Shown here: in pieces, positions 1 to 8,989 of the stretch
Layout: the number at the start of each line of letters is the position of its first letter
Position numbering within the stretch: the first letter of the stretch is position 1
Assembly: GCA_046761005.1 (NCBI GenBank)
Contig: JBHIFI010000001.1
Coordinates: 11,908 to 75,907 of the forward strand
DNA: 64,000 nt
Source of the DNA: Thermoplasmata archaeon
GTDB lineage: Archaea; Thermoplasmatota; Thermoplasmata; RBG-16-68-12; JAGMCJ01
Direction of reading: 5' to 3'
Program-made: the position numbers and the translations under genes
Notes under the pieces: model-generated
The model's input: only the letters and a program-made list of their open reading frames with translations
What the model was told of the DNA's origin: nothing
Databases searched by the model: none

Positions 1-121
1 CGTCTTGTCGGATCCGATCACTACCGGTGAGGCCTACTGGGTTCTCGTCGATATCCCTTCGGCGTGGGATATTGATAACAGACTTCCATAGGGTTTAAGT
101 CGGACCCGCCCATTCAGACTT

Positions 122-880
122 GTGAAGCGGATAGTGCTAATCGACCCTAGAGGGAAGAAGAGAATCATCCCGCTCACTGGCGATATTACAAAAGTAGACC
201 GCGTAGGCGTTCTCGACACATCCAAGATTGACGAAAGCACTCTCGGAAAGGAGATCAAGATTGGTGACACCAGATTTCTTGTCCTAGAGCCAAGCCTCCT
301 TGATAAAGTGCAATCAATCAGCAGGAAGGCCCAAATAATCCTGCCTAAGGATGCAGCGCTCATCATAGTCAATTGCGACATCAAACCTGGGAGCATTGTA
401 GTGGAAGGCGGTACAGGTTCTGGCGCACTCACGATTGTCCTGGCGAATTTCGTCCGCCCTAATGGAAAGGTGATATCCTATGAATCAAGAGGGGATTTCC
501 AGAGGATTGCGGGGAAGAACATTGAGAACGCAGGGATGCTCAATCTCTGCTCATTAGTAGAAGGCGACATCACTGAAGGTATCGCTGAAAGAGATGTCGA
601 TGCGATTGTACTAGATATCCCGAACCCGTGGGAAGCAATTGAATTAGCTCATCACGCGCTAAGGCCTGGCGGTTACATCGCGTCTTACGTTCCAACTATG
701 AATCAGGTGGAAAGAACGGTTCGCGAACTTGAGAGATTTCCCTTCATAGAGGTTAGAACCCTCGAGACCTTGGAGAGAGAGATAGAAGTGGGCGATATGG
801 GAACTAGGCCCAGCTTCAAGATGCTCGGCCATACGGGCTACTTAACATTCGCGAGAAAGGTAGCTACAGCTTTTCCGTAG
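122..880 (+). CDS. trmI: tRNA (adenine57/58-N1)-methyltransferase TrmI (Gcd14 family), GTG start
   Basis: Rossmann SAM motif VVEGGTGSGALT; conserved DIPNPWEA segment; size and architecture typical of archaeal TrmI. Confidence 0.8.
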   Translation: MKRIVLIDPRGKKRIIPLTGDITKVDRVGVLDTSKIDESTLGKEIKIGDTRFLVLEPSLLDKVQSISRKAQIILPKDAALIIVNCDIKPGSIVVEGGTGSGALTIVLANFVRPNGKVISYESRGDFQRIAGKNIENAGMLNLCSLVEGDITEGIAERDVDAIVLDIPNPWEAIELAHHALRPGGYIASYVPTMNQVERTVRELERFPFIEVRTLETLEREIEVGDMGTRPSFKMLGHTGYLTFARKVATAFP

Positions 881-918
881 TTTAGGGACAGGATGGAAAG
901 CGATTTTATCCTTGCAAA

Positions 919-1272
919 ATGATACCGATGGAGATGATAGACTCTTACGAGTTCGGCAGGATAGTTATTGATGGAAGGGAGTTCAGGAGTGATGTGATAA
1001 TAGACGCAAATGGCGTTGATGCTAACTGGTGGAGGAAGGAGGGACATGCACTCTGTGTTGAGGACCTCCAAACAATCCTAAAGAGGCATCCCAAAACCCT
1101 GATAGTCGGAACAGGATATTCCGGCCTCGTAAAGGTGAGGCCAGAGGTTATCAAAAAGCTCGAATCATCGGGAATCCAGCTGATAGTCGAGAGGACGACG
1201 GAGGCTTGCAGGGAATACAATGAAAGAGCAGAATCGGAAGGCGTCGTTGCAGCTCTTCATCTGACTTGCTAG
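919..1272 (+). CDS. Mth938-like domain protein (DUF498)
   Basis: C-terminal TEACREYNERAESEGVVAALHLTC matches the Mth938-family signature; 117 aa. Confidence 0.6.
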   Translation: MIPMEMIDSYEFGRIVIDGREFRSDVIIDANGVDANWWRKEGHALCVEDLQTILKRHPKTLIVGTGYSGLVKVRPEVIKKLESSGIQLIVERTTEACREYNERAESEGVVAALHLTC

Positions 1273-1436
1273 TCGCATCCCAAATGGTGGAGGCCCTGGT
1301 GGCAAGAGCTTCCTGAAGGCAAACTTGTAGTCGAAGAAAGCTGAAAAAGTCCGGGAATGACGCGAACCATGATATCCCGAAGCCGCGTCACTATGTCTGT
1401 CAGAAGAGGATGCTTGGGCCCGCTAAGTCCTTTCGG

Positions 1437-1466
1437 GCATTTTTTCTTTTTTTCTCTAGTTCATGT
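1437..1466 (+). terminator. oligo-T tract (ttttttctttttttctc) downstream of the Mth938-like gene; archaeal-type terminator candidate
   Basis: two consecutive T runs directly after a + strand gene and before the next + gene. Confidence 0.35.
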
Positions 1467-1491
1467 CAGGTTCATGTGGTAGTAAGTTTGA

Positions 1492-2250
1492 TTGCCCGCC
1501 GCTCGTTCTTCTTCGCGGAGGGATGTCGTGCTCTCTGTACTAGCTCAGGAGGAAGATTGTAGGAAGAACATCCGCCCTGAATTGACCGCCGAAATAACGA
1601 CCCTATGGGATTATCCATTCCAGAGCTACGGAGAGAGGAAGAAAGGGGACAATAGATTCCCAGGTGTTACTCCTGCCTTCGTCATTCGTAACCTCATCAC
1701 GAGATACACAGAACCTGGAGATCTGGTCGTGGATTGCATGGCCGGAAGTGGAACAACAATTGATGTAGCCAGAGAGGAGAACCGAAGAGTCATAGGTTAC
1801 GACATAGCCGCCATAAGGAGCGACATCATACAAAATGATGCGAGAAACCTTCCCCTGGAGGATGAGTGCGTGGACCTCCATTTCGTAGATTCACCGTACA
1901 GCGACAACATCCACTATTCGAATCATCCCGATTGCATAGGAAAAATCCCGTGCGAGAATGACCGATTCTTTGAGGAGCTGGGAAAGATTGTCAAGGAGAT
2001 TCACAGAACCCTGAAACTCGGTGGAATTCTCGGATGGCTCATTGCCGACCAGTTTAGGCGGAGGAGATTCACCCCCGTTGGCTTCAAGCTTTTTGATGTT
2101 CTCTCCCGTTATCTTCAACCTGTCGACATCATTGCTGTGAGAATACATAATCAACGCTCAAACAATGAACTCTGGCAGAGAAGGGCAATCAAGTACAATT
2201 TCTTCCTCAGAGGGTTCAAGTATCTTTTCATTATGCGGAAGGTGAAGTGA
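1492..2250 (+). CDS. Rossmann-fold amino-methyltransferase (N6-adenine/N4-cytosine DNA MTase-like or m2G RNA MTase-like); TTG start, true start may be an internal GTG
   Basis: DLVVDCMAGSGTTIDVAREENRRVIGYDI resembles the GSGTT...IGIE block of N6_N4 MTases; followed about 45 aa later by DSPY, a (D/N/S)PP(Y/F) catalytic motif. Confidence 0.6.
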   Translation: MPAARSSSRRDVVLSVLAQEEDCRKNIRPELTAEITTLWDYPFQSYGERKKGDNRFPGVTPAFVIRNLITRYTEPGDLVVDCMAGSGTTIDVAREENRRVIGYDIAAIRSDIIQNDARNLPLEDECVDLHFVDSPYSDNIHYSNHPDCIGKIPCENDRFFEELGKIVKEIHRTLKLGGILGWLIADQFRRRRFTPVGFKLFDVLSRYLQPVDIIAVRIHNQRSNNELWQRRAIKYNFFLRGFKYLFIMRKVK

Positions 2251-2609
2251 TGGATGCACTCAGCCGTGGCGGTTCCAAGGCAAGAGAACTGTACCTGATG
2301 CTCAGGGAGAGGATAGAGGCCATCGAAAAGAGTAATGGGGACAATTTCGAGGAGAGGGTCATGAAATATTGGATTTCCGTGCGAAGCTCCAGGAAGAGAA
2401 AGGTCTTTGCTGAGATGAGGCTGCATAAGAAGGACATAGACATATTCATCCTCCCACCGTTCGAGCAGTTGAAAGATCCAGATGGCCTTGCTCATCCCGT
2501 CCCACTCAACCAAGGCTGGGGATGGTTTAGGAGTAGATTTTGGCTGAGGGAAGAATCCCAATTGGACTCCGCTTGGAAGCTCATTCAACAGTCATATCAT
2601 CTCGCGTGA
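2247..2609 (+). CDS. hypothetical protein, translationally coupled (ATGA) to the upstream methyltransferase
   Basis: 120-aa ORF overlapping the MTase stop by 4 nt; no recognisable motif. Confidence 0.4.
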   Translation: MMDALSRGGSKARELYLMLRERIEAIEKSNGDNFEERVMKYWISVRSSRKRKVFAEMRLHKKDIDIFILPPFEQLKDPDGLAHPVPLNQGWGWFRSRFWLREESQLDSAWKLIQQSYHLA

Positions 2610-2658
2610 GGGAGGAAACAATAAGTAGGCAGCCGCGCTATCCCGCCAGAGTGATTCC

Positions 2659-2901
2659 ATGATGAAGGCGTTCGTCGAGATACATCTGAAGAAAGGCGTT
2701 GCGGATCCCGAAGGAGCGAACACCCTCAAGGCGCTGAAGCTTCTAGGTTTCGAAAACGCAGTAGATGTGAAGTCCGCGAAGCTGTTCGAGATTGATCTTG
2801 AAGGGGAAGACAAGGACGAGGCAAGGAAGATCCTCGAGGAGATGTGTAATCGTCTCCTGGCGAATCCCGTCATCCACGATTATATGATAAGATTCGAGTA
2901 G
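2659..2901 (+). CDS. purS: phosphoribosylformylglycinamidine synthase subunit PurS
   Basis: 80 aa; MKAFVEIHLKKGVADPEG...NPVIHDY typical of PurS; directly upstream of purL and purQ. Confidence 0.85.
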   Translation: MMKAFVEIHLKKGVADPEGANTLKALKLLGFENAVDVKSAKLFEIDLEGEDKDEARKILEEMCNRLLANPVIHDYMIRFE

Positions 2902-2981
2902 CTCGCAACCCGCTAACATTAGACCTATGGAATGCTTAAGTAAGTGCCTTGCATTAACGGAATCACCAGGAGGATGGGGAG

Positions 2982-5306
2982 TTGGAGGAGTTTTCCTCTG
3001 AGGTCCGATTCATCAATCTGTTGGACGCTTCTGACGATGACCTGATTAGGTTGAGCGAAGAGGGCGGGCTTGCTCTCGACCTGAGCGAGATGAAGCGAAT
3101 TCAGGAATACTGTAGCAAGAAGAAAAGAGACCCCACGGACGTGGAACTCCAATCGATTGGACAGGCATGGTCGGAGCACTGCTGCTACAAATCGTCCAAG
3201 GTGTTTCTCAAGGAATACCTGATTTCGATTGATACGCCTTCTGTTCTCATTAGAGGCGATGCAGGTGTCGTAAATTTCGATGAGGACCACGCATACGCCT
3301 TGAGAATTGAGAGCCACAATCATCCAAGCGCGATTGAACCTTATGGCGGAGCAGCCACTGGAATAGGAGGAATAATACGTGATGTCCTCTGCATGGGCGC
3401 CCAGCCTATCGCTCTCATTGATCCCTTGCACTTCGGTCCCTTGGATTTCCCCCATGATGAGCTTCCAAAGGGGGTTAAGCATCCAAGATACCTGTTCGAA
3501 GGAGTCGTCGCAGGCATTAGAGACTACGGCAATAGGATAGGGATACCAACAGTCGCAGGGAGCGTGTACTTCCATGAGGGATATCTCGGGAATTGCATCA
3601 TCAACGTGGGCTGCGTTGGAATTGCAAAGAAGAGCAGCATTCTAAGGAATGCGGTGAAGACGAGCTCCGATGTTCTCATTCTCGTCGGTGGGCGCACCGG
3701 AAGGGACGGCATTCATGGAGTCACATATGCCTCCGTCGAATTAACTGAAGATATGGAAGAGGAGTGGATGGGCGGGGCGGTTCAATTGGGCGATCCTATA
3801 ACAAAAGAGCCGCTGATTCATGCATGCCTCGAAGCTGTGGAAAAGGGACTTCTGAACGGAATGAAGGACCTTGGCGGGGGAGGACTCTCATGCGTCGTTG
3901 GGGAGATGGCTCTCGCGGGTGGCTTTGGAGCCGAGGTGCACTTGGAAAAGGTTCCATTGAAGGAGGAAGGGCTCAAACCCTGGGAAATATGGGTTAGCGA
4001 GTCCCAGGAGAGAATGATGCTGGCGGTTCCTCCTGAGAAGGTAGAGGATGTCCTCCACATATTCAATTTGTATGATGTCCTGGCAACACCAATCGGCCAC
4101 GTAATCGAGGAAAGAGTGATTAGGGTGTTGTACAAGGGGAAGAAAGTCTTGGAGTTGGACTTGGACTTCTACACAGCGGGTCCGGAGTACTGCAGGGAGT
4201 ATTTTTTTGATGCCCGATTCTTGGAGAAGCCAGAGATGTTTCCCAAGGAACCGGAGGATTACAACAAGAGCCTTCTTACACTTCTCTCTTCACCCAATAT
4301 TGCCTCAAAGACGTGGGTGATTCATCAGTATGACCATGAGGTCAGGGGAGCGACCGTCGTTAAGCCATTGCAGGGAAAAATCGGCCATGCTTGTCATGGA
4401 GACGCGGTCGTGATCAAGCCTCTGGAGCACTCATTTCGTGGTATGGCCATAGCGACGGCTACTAACCCTACCTTTTCTGAGATCGATCCATACAGAGGAG
4501 GCATGTCGGTAGTGGATGAAGTTTGCAGGAATCTCGCTGCTGTGGGAAGCTCTCCCCACTCACTCACAAACTGTCTCAGTTTTGGAAATCCGGAGAAACC
4601 AGACAGGCTTGGATTCTTCAGAGAGACGGTCCGAGGAATAGGTCACGTGGCTTCCCATCTTGGGCTTCCCATCCCCTCAGGAAATGTGAGTTTCTACAAC
4701 GAGACGGAACAGGGTCCTGTCCCGCCCACGCCAGTCGTTCTAGGCGTAGGAAAGGCTCCTGATGTGAGAAAATGCGTCACATCGGAACTCAAGGAGCAGG
4801 ACAATCCCATTTATCTAGTGGGCCAAACGAGGAATGAGATGGGAGGATCGGAATACTTCCGGGTTTTTGGAGGCTATTCGAGCACCGTTCCGAGTGTAAA
4901 TGTCGAATCACTAGAAAGGAGCCTTCACGCTGTCTTCAGATCGATAAACGAGGAGATGGTGGCCTCCTGCCACGACGTCTCTCACGGTGGCATCGCTGTG
5001 GCGATATCAGAAATGGCTTTGGGTGGGGACATAGGGGCTTTCATTGACCTATCCAAGATAGGTGATATGCTGACGAGCGTGAAGATGTTCTCCGAAAGCA
5101 ATACACGGTGGCTCGTTGAGGTTTGGCGGGAAAAGGAAGATGGCTTCATTGGGATCATGTCAGGTGTCCCAGTTCGCAAATTGGGAATGGTCAAAGGAAG
5201 CAGTGTCATCATTGCGGATTACAATATCAAAGTGGGAATTTTCCTCGAGGATTTGAGAGATGCTTGGAATAGAACCATATATGACTTCATGGGGGGGACG
5301 CCTTGA
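2982..5306 (+). CDS. purL: phosphoribosylformylglycinamidine synthase II PurL
   Basis: 774 aa; PurM-like duplicated AIRS domains; motifs such as IESHNHPSAIEPYGGAATG and the VGVGK-type C-terminal half; 4-nt overlap with purQ. Confidence 0.9.
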   Translation: MEEFSSEVRFINLLDASDDDLIRLSEEGGLALDLSEMKRIQEYCSKKKRDPTDVELQSIGQAWSEHCCYKSSKVFLKEYLISIDTPSVLIRGDAGVVNFDEDHAYALRIESHNHPSAIEPYGGAATGIGGIIRDVLCMGAQPIALIDPLHFGPLDFPHDELPKGVKHPRYLFEGVVAGIRDYGNRIGIPTVAGSVYFHEGYLGNCIINVGCVGIAKKSSILRNAVKTSSDVLILVGGRTGRDGIHGVTYASVELTEDMEEEWMGGAVQLGDPITKEPLIHACLEAVEKGLLNGMKDLGGGGLSCVVGEMALAGGFGAEVHLEKVPLKEEGLKPWEIWVSESQERMMLAVPPEKVEDVLHIFNLYDVLATPIGHVIEERVIRVLYKGKKVLELDLDFYTAGPEYCREYFFDARFLEKPEMFPKEPEDYNKSLLTLLSSPNIASKTWVIHQYDHEVRGATVVKPLQGKIGHACHGDAVVIKPLEHSFRGMAIATATNPTFSEIDPYRGGMSVVDEVCRNLAAVGSSPHSLTNCLSFGNPEKPDRLGFFRETVRGIGHVASHLGLPIPSGNVSFYNETEQGPVPPTPVVLGVGKAPDVRKCVTSELKEQDNPIYLVGQTRNEMGGSEYFRVFGGYSSTVPSVNVESLERSLHAVFRSINEEMVASCHDVSHGGIAVAISEMALGGDIGAFIDLSKIGDMLTSVKMFSESNTRWLVEVWREKEDGFIGIMSGVPVRKLGMVKGSSVIIADYNIKVGIFLEDLRDAWNRTIYDFMGGTP

Positions 5307-6133
5307 ATGTCGAGGAGGTGAAGGTGTGCATACTCAGAATCGAGGGGACAAACTGTGAAGAAGAGACATACCGAGCTTTTCAAAGATCTGGTGCTTCTCC
5401 AGAAGTAGTCCATCTCAAACAACTGCTGGGGCAGGATACACGCGCAGATGAGGCGAGAAAGTTGAGTGACTATCATATATTGGTCATTCCGGGTGGTTTT
5501 TCATCTGGGGATTATGTAAGGGCGGGTGCCATTCTGGCGGCGCGAATGAAAAGCGGGATGGAAGATGAACTAGCGGAATTCATAGAGGAGGGAAAGCCCG
5601 TCATGGGAATCTGCAACGGCTTTCAGATTCTGGTGGAACTTGGTGTGCTTCCGGGAGTTGAATCGACCATCAGTAGGTATCCGACGGCTTCTCTCGGTTG
5701 GAATGATTCTGGCAGGTTTGAATGCCGCCCAACTCTGTTGAGGAATTGGAACTCAGGAAAGTGCATATTCACGAGAAAGCTCGAGAGAGGTCAAATCATT
5801 CAGGCTCCATCAGCACACGCAGAGGGGAAGTTCATGCTGCCAAAGGACAGGGAAAAGGAGATGCTAGACTTGCTAGAAGATAATGATCAGATAGTTTTCA
5901 GATATGTCGATGCTGACGGTCAGATTGCTGGGTATCCGTGGAATCCCAACGGATCTTTATACAACATCGCGGGTATATGTAATTCAGAGGGCAATGTCTT
6001 CGGAATGATGCCCCATCCAGAGAGAACATACTTCGGGTTTCAACAAGCGGATTGGACGAGAAAGAAGCCAACCAATGGTGATGGCAGGGTGATATTCGAG
6101 TCGGTTCTCGACTATGTGACCAAGAGTTTCTAA
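5303..6133 (+). CDS. purQ: phosphoribosylformylglycinamidine synthase I PurQ (glutamine amidotransferase)
   Basis: class-I GATase; catalytic GICNGFQ cysteine and HPE triad region; coupled to purL. Confidence 0.85.
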   Translation: MNVEEVKVCILRIEGTNCEEETYRAFQRSGASPEVVHLKQLLGQDTRADEARKLSDYHILVIPGGFSSGDYVRAGAILAARMKSGMEDELAEFIEEGKPVMGICNGFQILVELGVLPGVESTISRYPTASLGWNDSGRFECRPTLLRNWNSGKCIFTRKLERGQIIQAPSAHAEGKFMLPKDREKEMLDLLEDNDQIVFRYVDADGQIAGYPWNPNGSLYNIAGICNSEGNVFGMMPHPERTYFGFQQADWTRKKPTNGDGRVIFESVLDYVTKSF

Positions 6134-6212
6134 AATAGATTGTGACAGCATATGTGTATGTTGCTAAACAGTCATTATCATCGTACAACTAGAGTTCAAT
6201 TCCCAGCCATCG

Positions 6213-6902
6213 TTAGATTTTGGAGGCCAAATCAATGTTAATAGCCACCAAGTCGCCATCCTTCAACTCGAAAACCTCTCTGAGTTTGAGCCTGGATATG
6301 ACCTCTACGATTTCACGATGGTGAGACCTCAGAGGAATGACAACGGCACATTTCTTGTCTCGAATAGTGGCGAGGAAGCATTTCACATCGCCAAAGGTTC
6401 TTCCACCCGATTGAAAGCCCTCGACAAGGATGCCGTCCATCGATTTCAGCAGTGCGAGCTTCTCAGCCTCCCTCCCTTTCACCCTCAAGTTGAGAGTTCC
6501 CTCAAAAGGGGTGGAGCCCAGGATTCTCTCGAACTGTCTTCTGTACTCATTCTGTTGGAGATAGTATCTTCCCTCCCCACTTCCTGTGGTCACCTCACCG
6601 GTGACTGTGAATCTGTCATAGGCCTCGAATATCTTCCTAAAGTCCATGTGTTCTTTCCTTAGAACGGCTAATCCTTGCTCTGTAATTCGAACTCTCTGCC
6701 TACGAAACCCTATCTCTCTCGTGATTAGTCCGAGTTCAAGGAGTCCCAATATTCGATTGGAGGCGGTTTGTTGACTCACCCCCATCAAATCTCCTAGCTC
6801 AGAAGAAGTGATGTCTATGTGCCCCTTCAGTGCACCCGCCAGGGCAAGATATTTCAGAGCATCTATCTGACCGTGTTTCACGGCACTCAATCGCATATTC
6901 AA
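6213..6902 (-). CDS. rbkR: RbkR-type bifunctional regulator: N-terminal wHTH plus C-terminal CTP-dependent riboflavin kinase (archaeal RibK)
   Basis: N-terminal MarR-like wHTH (SSELGDLMGVSQQTASNRILGLLELGLI); C-terminal MJ0056-type riboflavin kinase domain (TPFEGTLNLRV...GDVKCF...VIPLRSHH). Confidence 0.75.
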   Translation of the reverse strand: MNMRLSAVKHGQIDALKYLALAGALKGHIDITSSELGDLMGVSQQTASNRILGLLELGLITREIGFRRQRVRITEQGLAVLRKEHMDFRKIFEAYDRFTVTGEVTTGSGEGRYYLQQNEYRRQFERILGSTPFEGTLNLRVKGREAEKLALLKSMDGILVEGFQSGGRTFGDVKCFLATIRDKKCAVVIPLRSHHREIVEVISRLKLREVFELKDGDLVAINIDLASKI

Positions 6903-6915
6903 AACAAATAGATTG

Positions 6916-7314
6916 CTACAGAGTCCCTTCTAGGACTAGGTGGGAATGGGACCTCAGCCGTACGTATGGCAACCCTTCCTTCCGGAGAGAAGAGATTACC
7001 TTCTTGTCATTCGACACAACAATGGCCTTCTTATTCCTCGCGAGATCGAGGAGGACATCATCCGCGTTCCCTTTCGATTCGATTTTTTCATATTTCTTGG
7101 CTAATCTCAATGCCCTTCTCGCAAGATTGTTCGTGGAGGCCAGGGCATTCAATTCAATGAGTACGGGTGTAGGTACAAGGACTTCGAAGGAACCGAGAAG
7201 CCTTTCAAGCTCAAGGTCAAGATTGATCCCGAATTGAAATGGCATCATCAGGGCGTTCGCATCAAGAATCACTCTTCTCATGCTGACACACCATAACCGA
7301 AGTGGTATTTTCAC
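6916..7314 (-). CDS. PIN-domain protein (putative ribonuclease)
   Basis: VILDANALM...SNDKKV pattern of acidic PIN residues; 132 aa. Confidence 0.55.
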   Translation of the reverse strand: MKIPLRLWCVSMRRVILDANALMMPFQFGINLDLELERLLGSFEVLVPTPVLIELNALASTNNLARRALRLAKKYEKIESKGNADDVLLDLARNKKAIVVSNDKKVISSLRKEGLPYVRLRSHSHLVLEGTL

Positions 7315-7803
7315 TTATTCGTACGCACACTATTTCGAACTATATGATTATGAATTGGCTCGAGTGGAAGAAATTGACCATACAGAGGTTTGAGGCTCGA
7401 AGAAAGAATCATGCAAATGGGTTTCTGTGCGACTCTGTACAAATCTCTAAGCAATCTGTTAGAAAACGTGGCTGAAAGAGGCGAATCATTCACCACCTGA
7501 CGAGATTTGAAAAACGATATATAGTGCTTATGTACATTGTTGAAACAAGCATCCCTCCACAACAAGGCCGTTCAGATATATTCTGGGCGGCCCTTTTTTT
7601 CTGAGCATTCCGATAGAATTTGCCCACAAAGGACCTATGCAAGTGCAATATTCCATTAGGTTGACGACAGAGTGGAAACGCGATGAGAGGTACAGCACAG
7701 AGGTCATGACGAAGGAAGCAGGTATCGGGACGGGTTACATGACGATGGATGCAGCAAGGAGAAGGCAGGAAGGCGTCCCAGGTCCCTCTGCGACCCGTCC
7801 CAA

Positions 7804-8007
7804 ATGTGGACAGATGGTTCAAGGGGGATGAAATTCTGTGGCAACCGTGGCGCGAGGATGGAACTAGGAACGGATTGTCCAAACTGTGAGAAGTTCGTCC
7901 CCGAAGGCTCGAAGTTCTGTCCTGAACGCGGAAGCCCGCTTAAGGAAATGCCAAAGAGTTCAGAAAATGGGCAATCACTCTCACGATCAATCCGCCACGC
8001 TAGCTAA
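7804..8007 (+). CDS. possible small zinc-ribbon protein; may be a fragment (see findings)
   Basis: KFCGNRGARMELGTDCPNCEKFVPEGSKFCPERG resembles zinc-ribbon/DZR repeats; an adjacent overlapping frame also carries a CxxCG-like fragment. Confidence 0.25.
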   Translation: MWTDGSRGMKFCGNRGARMELGTDCPNCEKFVPEGSKFCPERGSPLKEMPKSSENGQSLSRSIRHAS

Positions 8008-8209
8008 AAGTAGAGAATTTTTGGCGGGATCTGGGGAATGCCCTGCAATACCTGAGAGAAGGAAGCCGAGAAGTTGGCTGACTTCGTAGCACTCACAAAC
8101 GAAGCGGACAAACCTCGCATGTCGCGGAGGATACAATACAACATGATGACAAATAGCATGTCAATAGTCTTTCTTCCCTTCTTCAGGGACTCTCGGGAAA
8201 ATCTCATCA

Positions 8210-8917
8210 TCAATCTCTGAGTCTCAGATAGTCCTCTATGATTCTTGCATGGTCGAAAGCCATATGGGAAGCCTGCTCGGGTTCTATCAATTCTATGCTC
8301 TCTGCATCACTTCCCGACTTGAGCTTCCCGCCCGTTTTCTCAAGAAGGAAAACTATGGAAACAACCTGACCTCTTGGGTCTCTGTCGGGGTCAGAGTACA
8401 CTCCAAGGATCCGCTTCACTTTGGTCTTGATACCCGTTTCCTCCTCGAATTCTCTGACTACTGCTTCTTCAACCCTTTCTCCGTATTCCACGAAACCCCC
8501 TGGAAGTGCCAGTCTCCCCCTAAAAGGCGGATACTTGCGTCTCACAGCGAGAAGCTTTCCTCTGTAGATTAGGATGCCATCAACGGCGATTCGCGGATGT
8601 CTCGGCCCGCCCTCGAGAAAGGTTTGAACTGAACTGTTTCCCTTTTCATAAGCGTTCAAAATCTTCTTCCCTATTTCTGAAAGACGAGTGCGGCCCCCTC
8701 GCTTCCCGCCTCTCTTAGAATAAACAACTTCTCCTCCAGCCGCGTGACTTATCTTCTTGAGAACACCCCATGCGTGCCTATAGGACATTCTCATCCTTCT
8801 CGCGGCTTCCGATATTGAACCTGTCTCATCGACGTACTTCAGCAGTCTGGCTCTGCCCTCACCAATGAGAAAAATACCGTCTTTCTCGAGCCAGGTCTTT
8901 GCCCTCATTTTAAGCAT
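8210..8917 (-). CDS. fusion protein: ModE-like N-terminal HTH domain plus NUDIX hydrolase
   Basis: N-terminus WLEKDGIFLIGEGRARLLKYVDETGSISEAARRMRMSYRHAWGVL matches the ModE/LysR-type HTH (HTH_1); C-terminus carries the Nudix box GGFVEYGERVEEAVVREFEEETG. Confidence 0.7.
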   Translation of the reverse strand: MLKMRAKTWLEKDGIFLIGEGRARLLKYVDETGSISEAARRMRMSYRHAWGVLKKISHAAGGEVVYSKRGGKRGGRTRLSEIGKKILNAYEKGNSSVQTFLEGGPRHPRIAVDGILIYRGKLLAVRRKYPPFRGRLALPGGFVEYGERVEEAVVREFEEETGIKTKVKRILGVYSDPDRDPRGQVVSIVFLLEKTGGKLKSGSDAESIELIEPEQASHMAFDHARIIEDYLRLRD

Positions 8918-8989
8918 TCAAACTGTAATGCGATTGTGGAATAAAGACTTTGGACCACAGTTGGCTCCGTTTTCTTGCTCGCACTATTC

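Noticed and set aside
34-432. 132-aa ORF on the minus strand
   Set aside because: Fully antisense to the well-supported trmI gene. Low-complexity Ser/Leu-rich translation.
2925-3575. 216-aa minus-strand ORF
   Set aside because: Antisense to purL, which has strong motif support. Typical shadow ORF.
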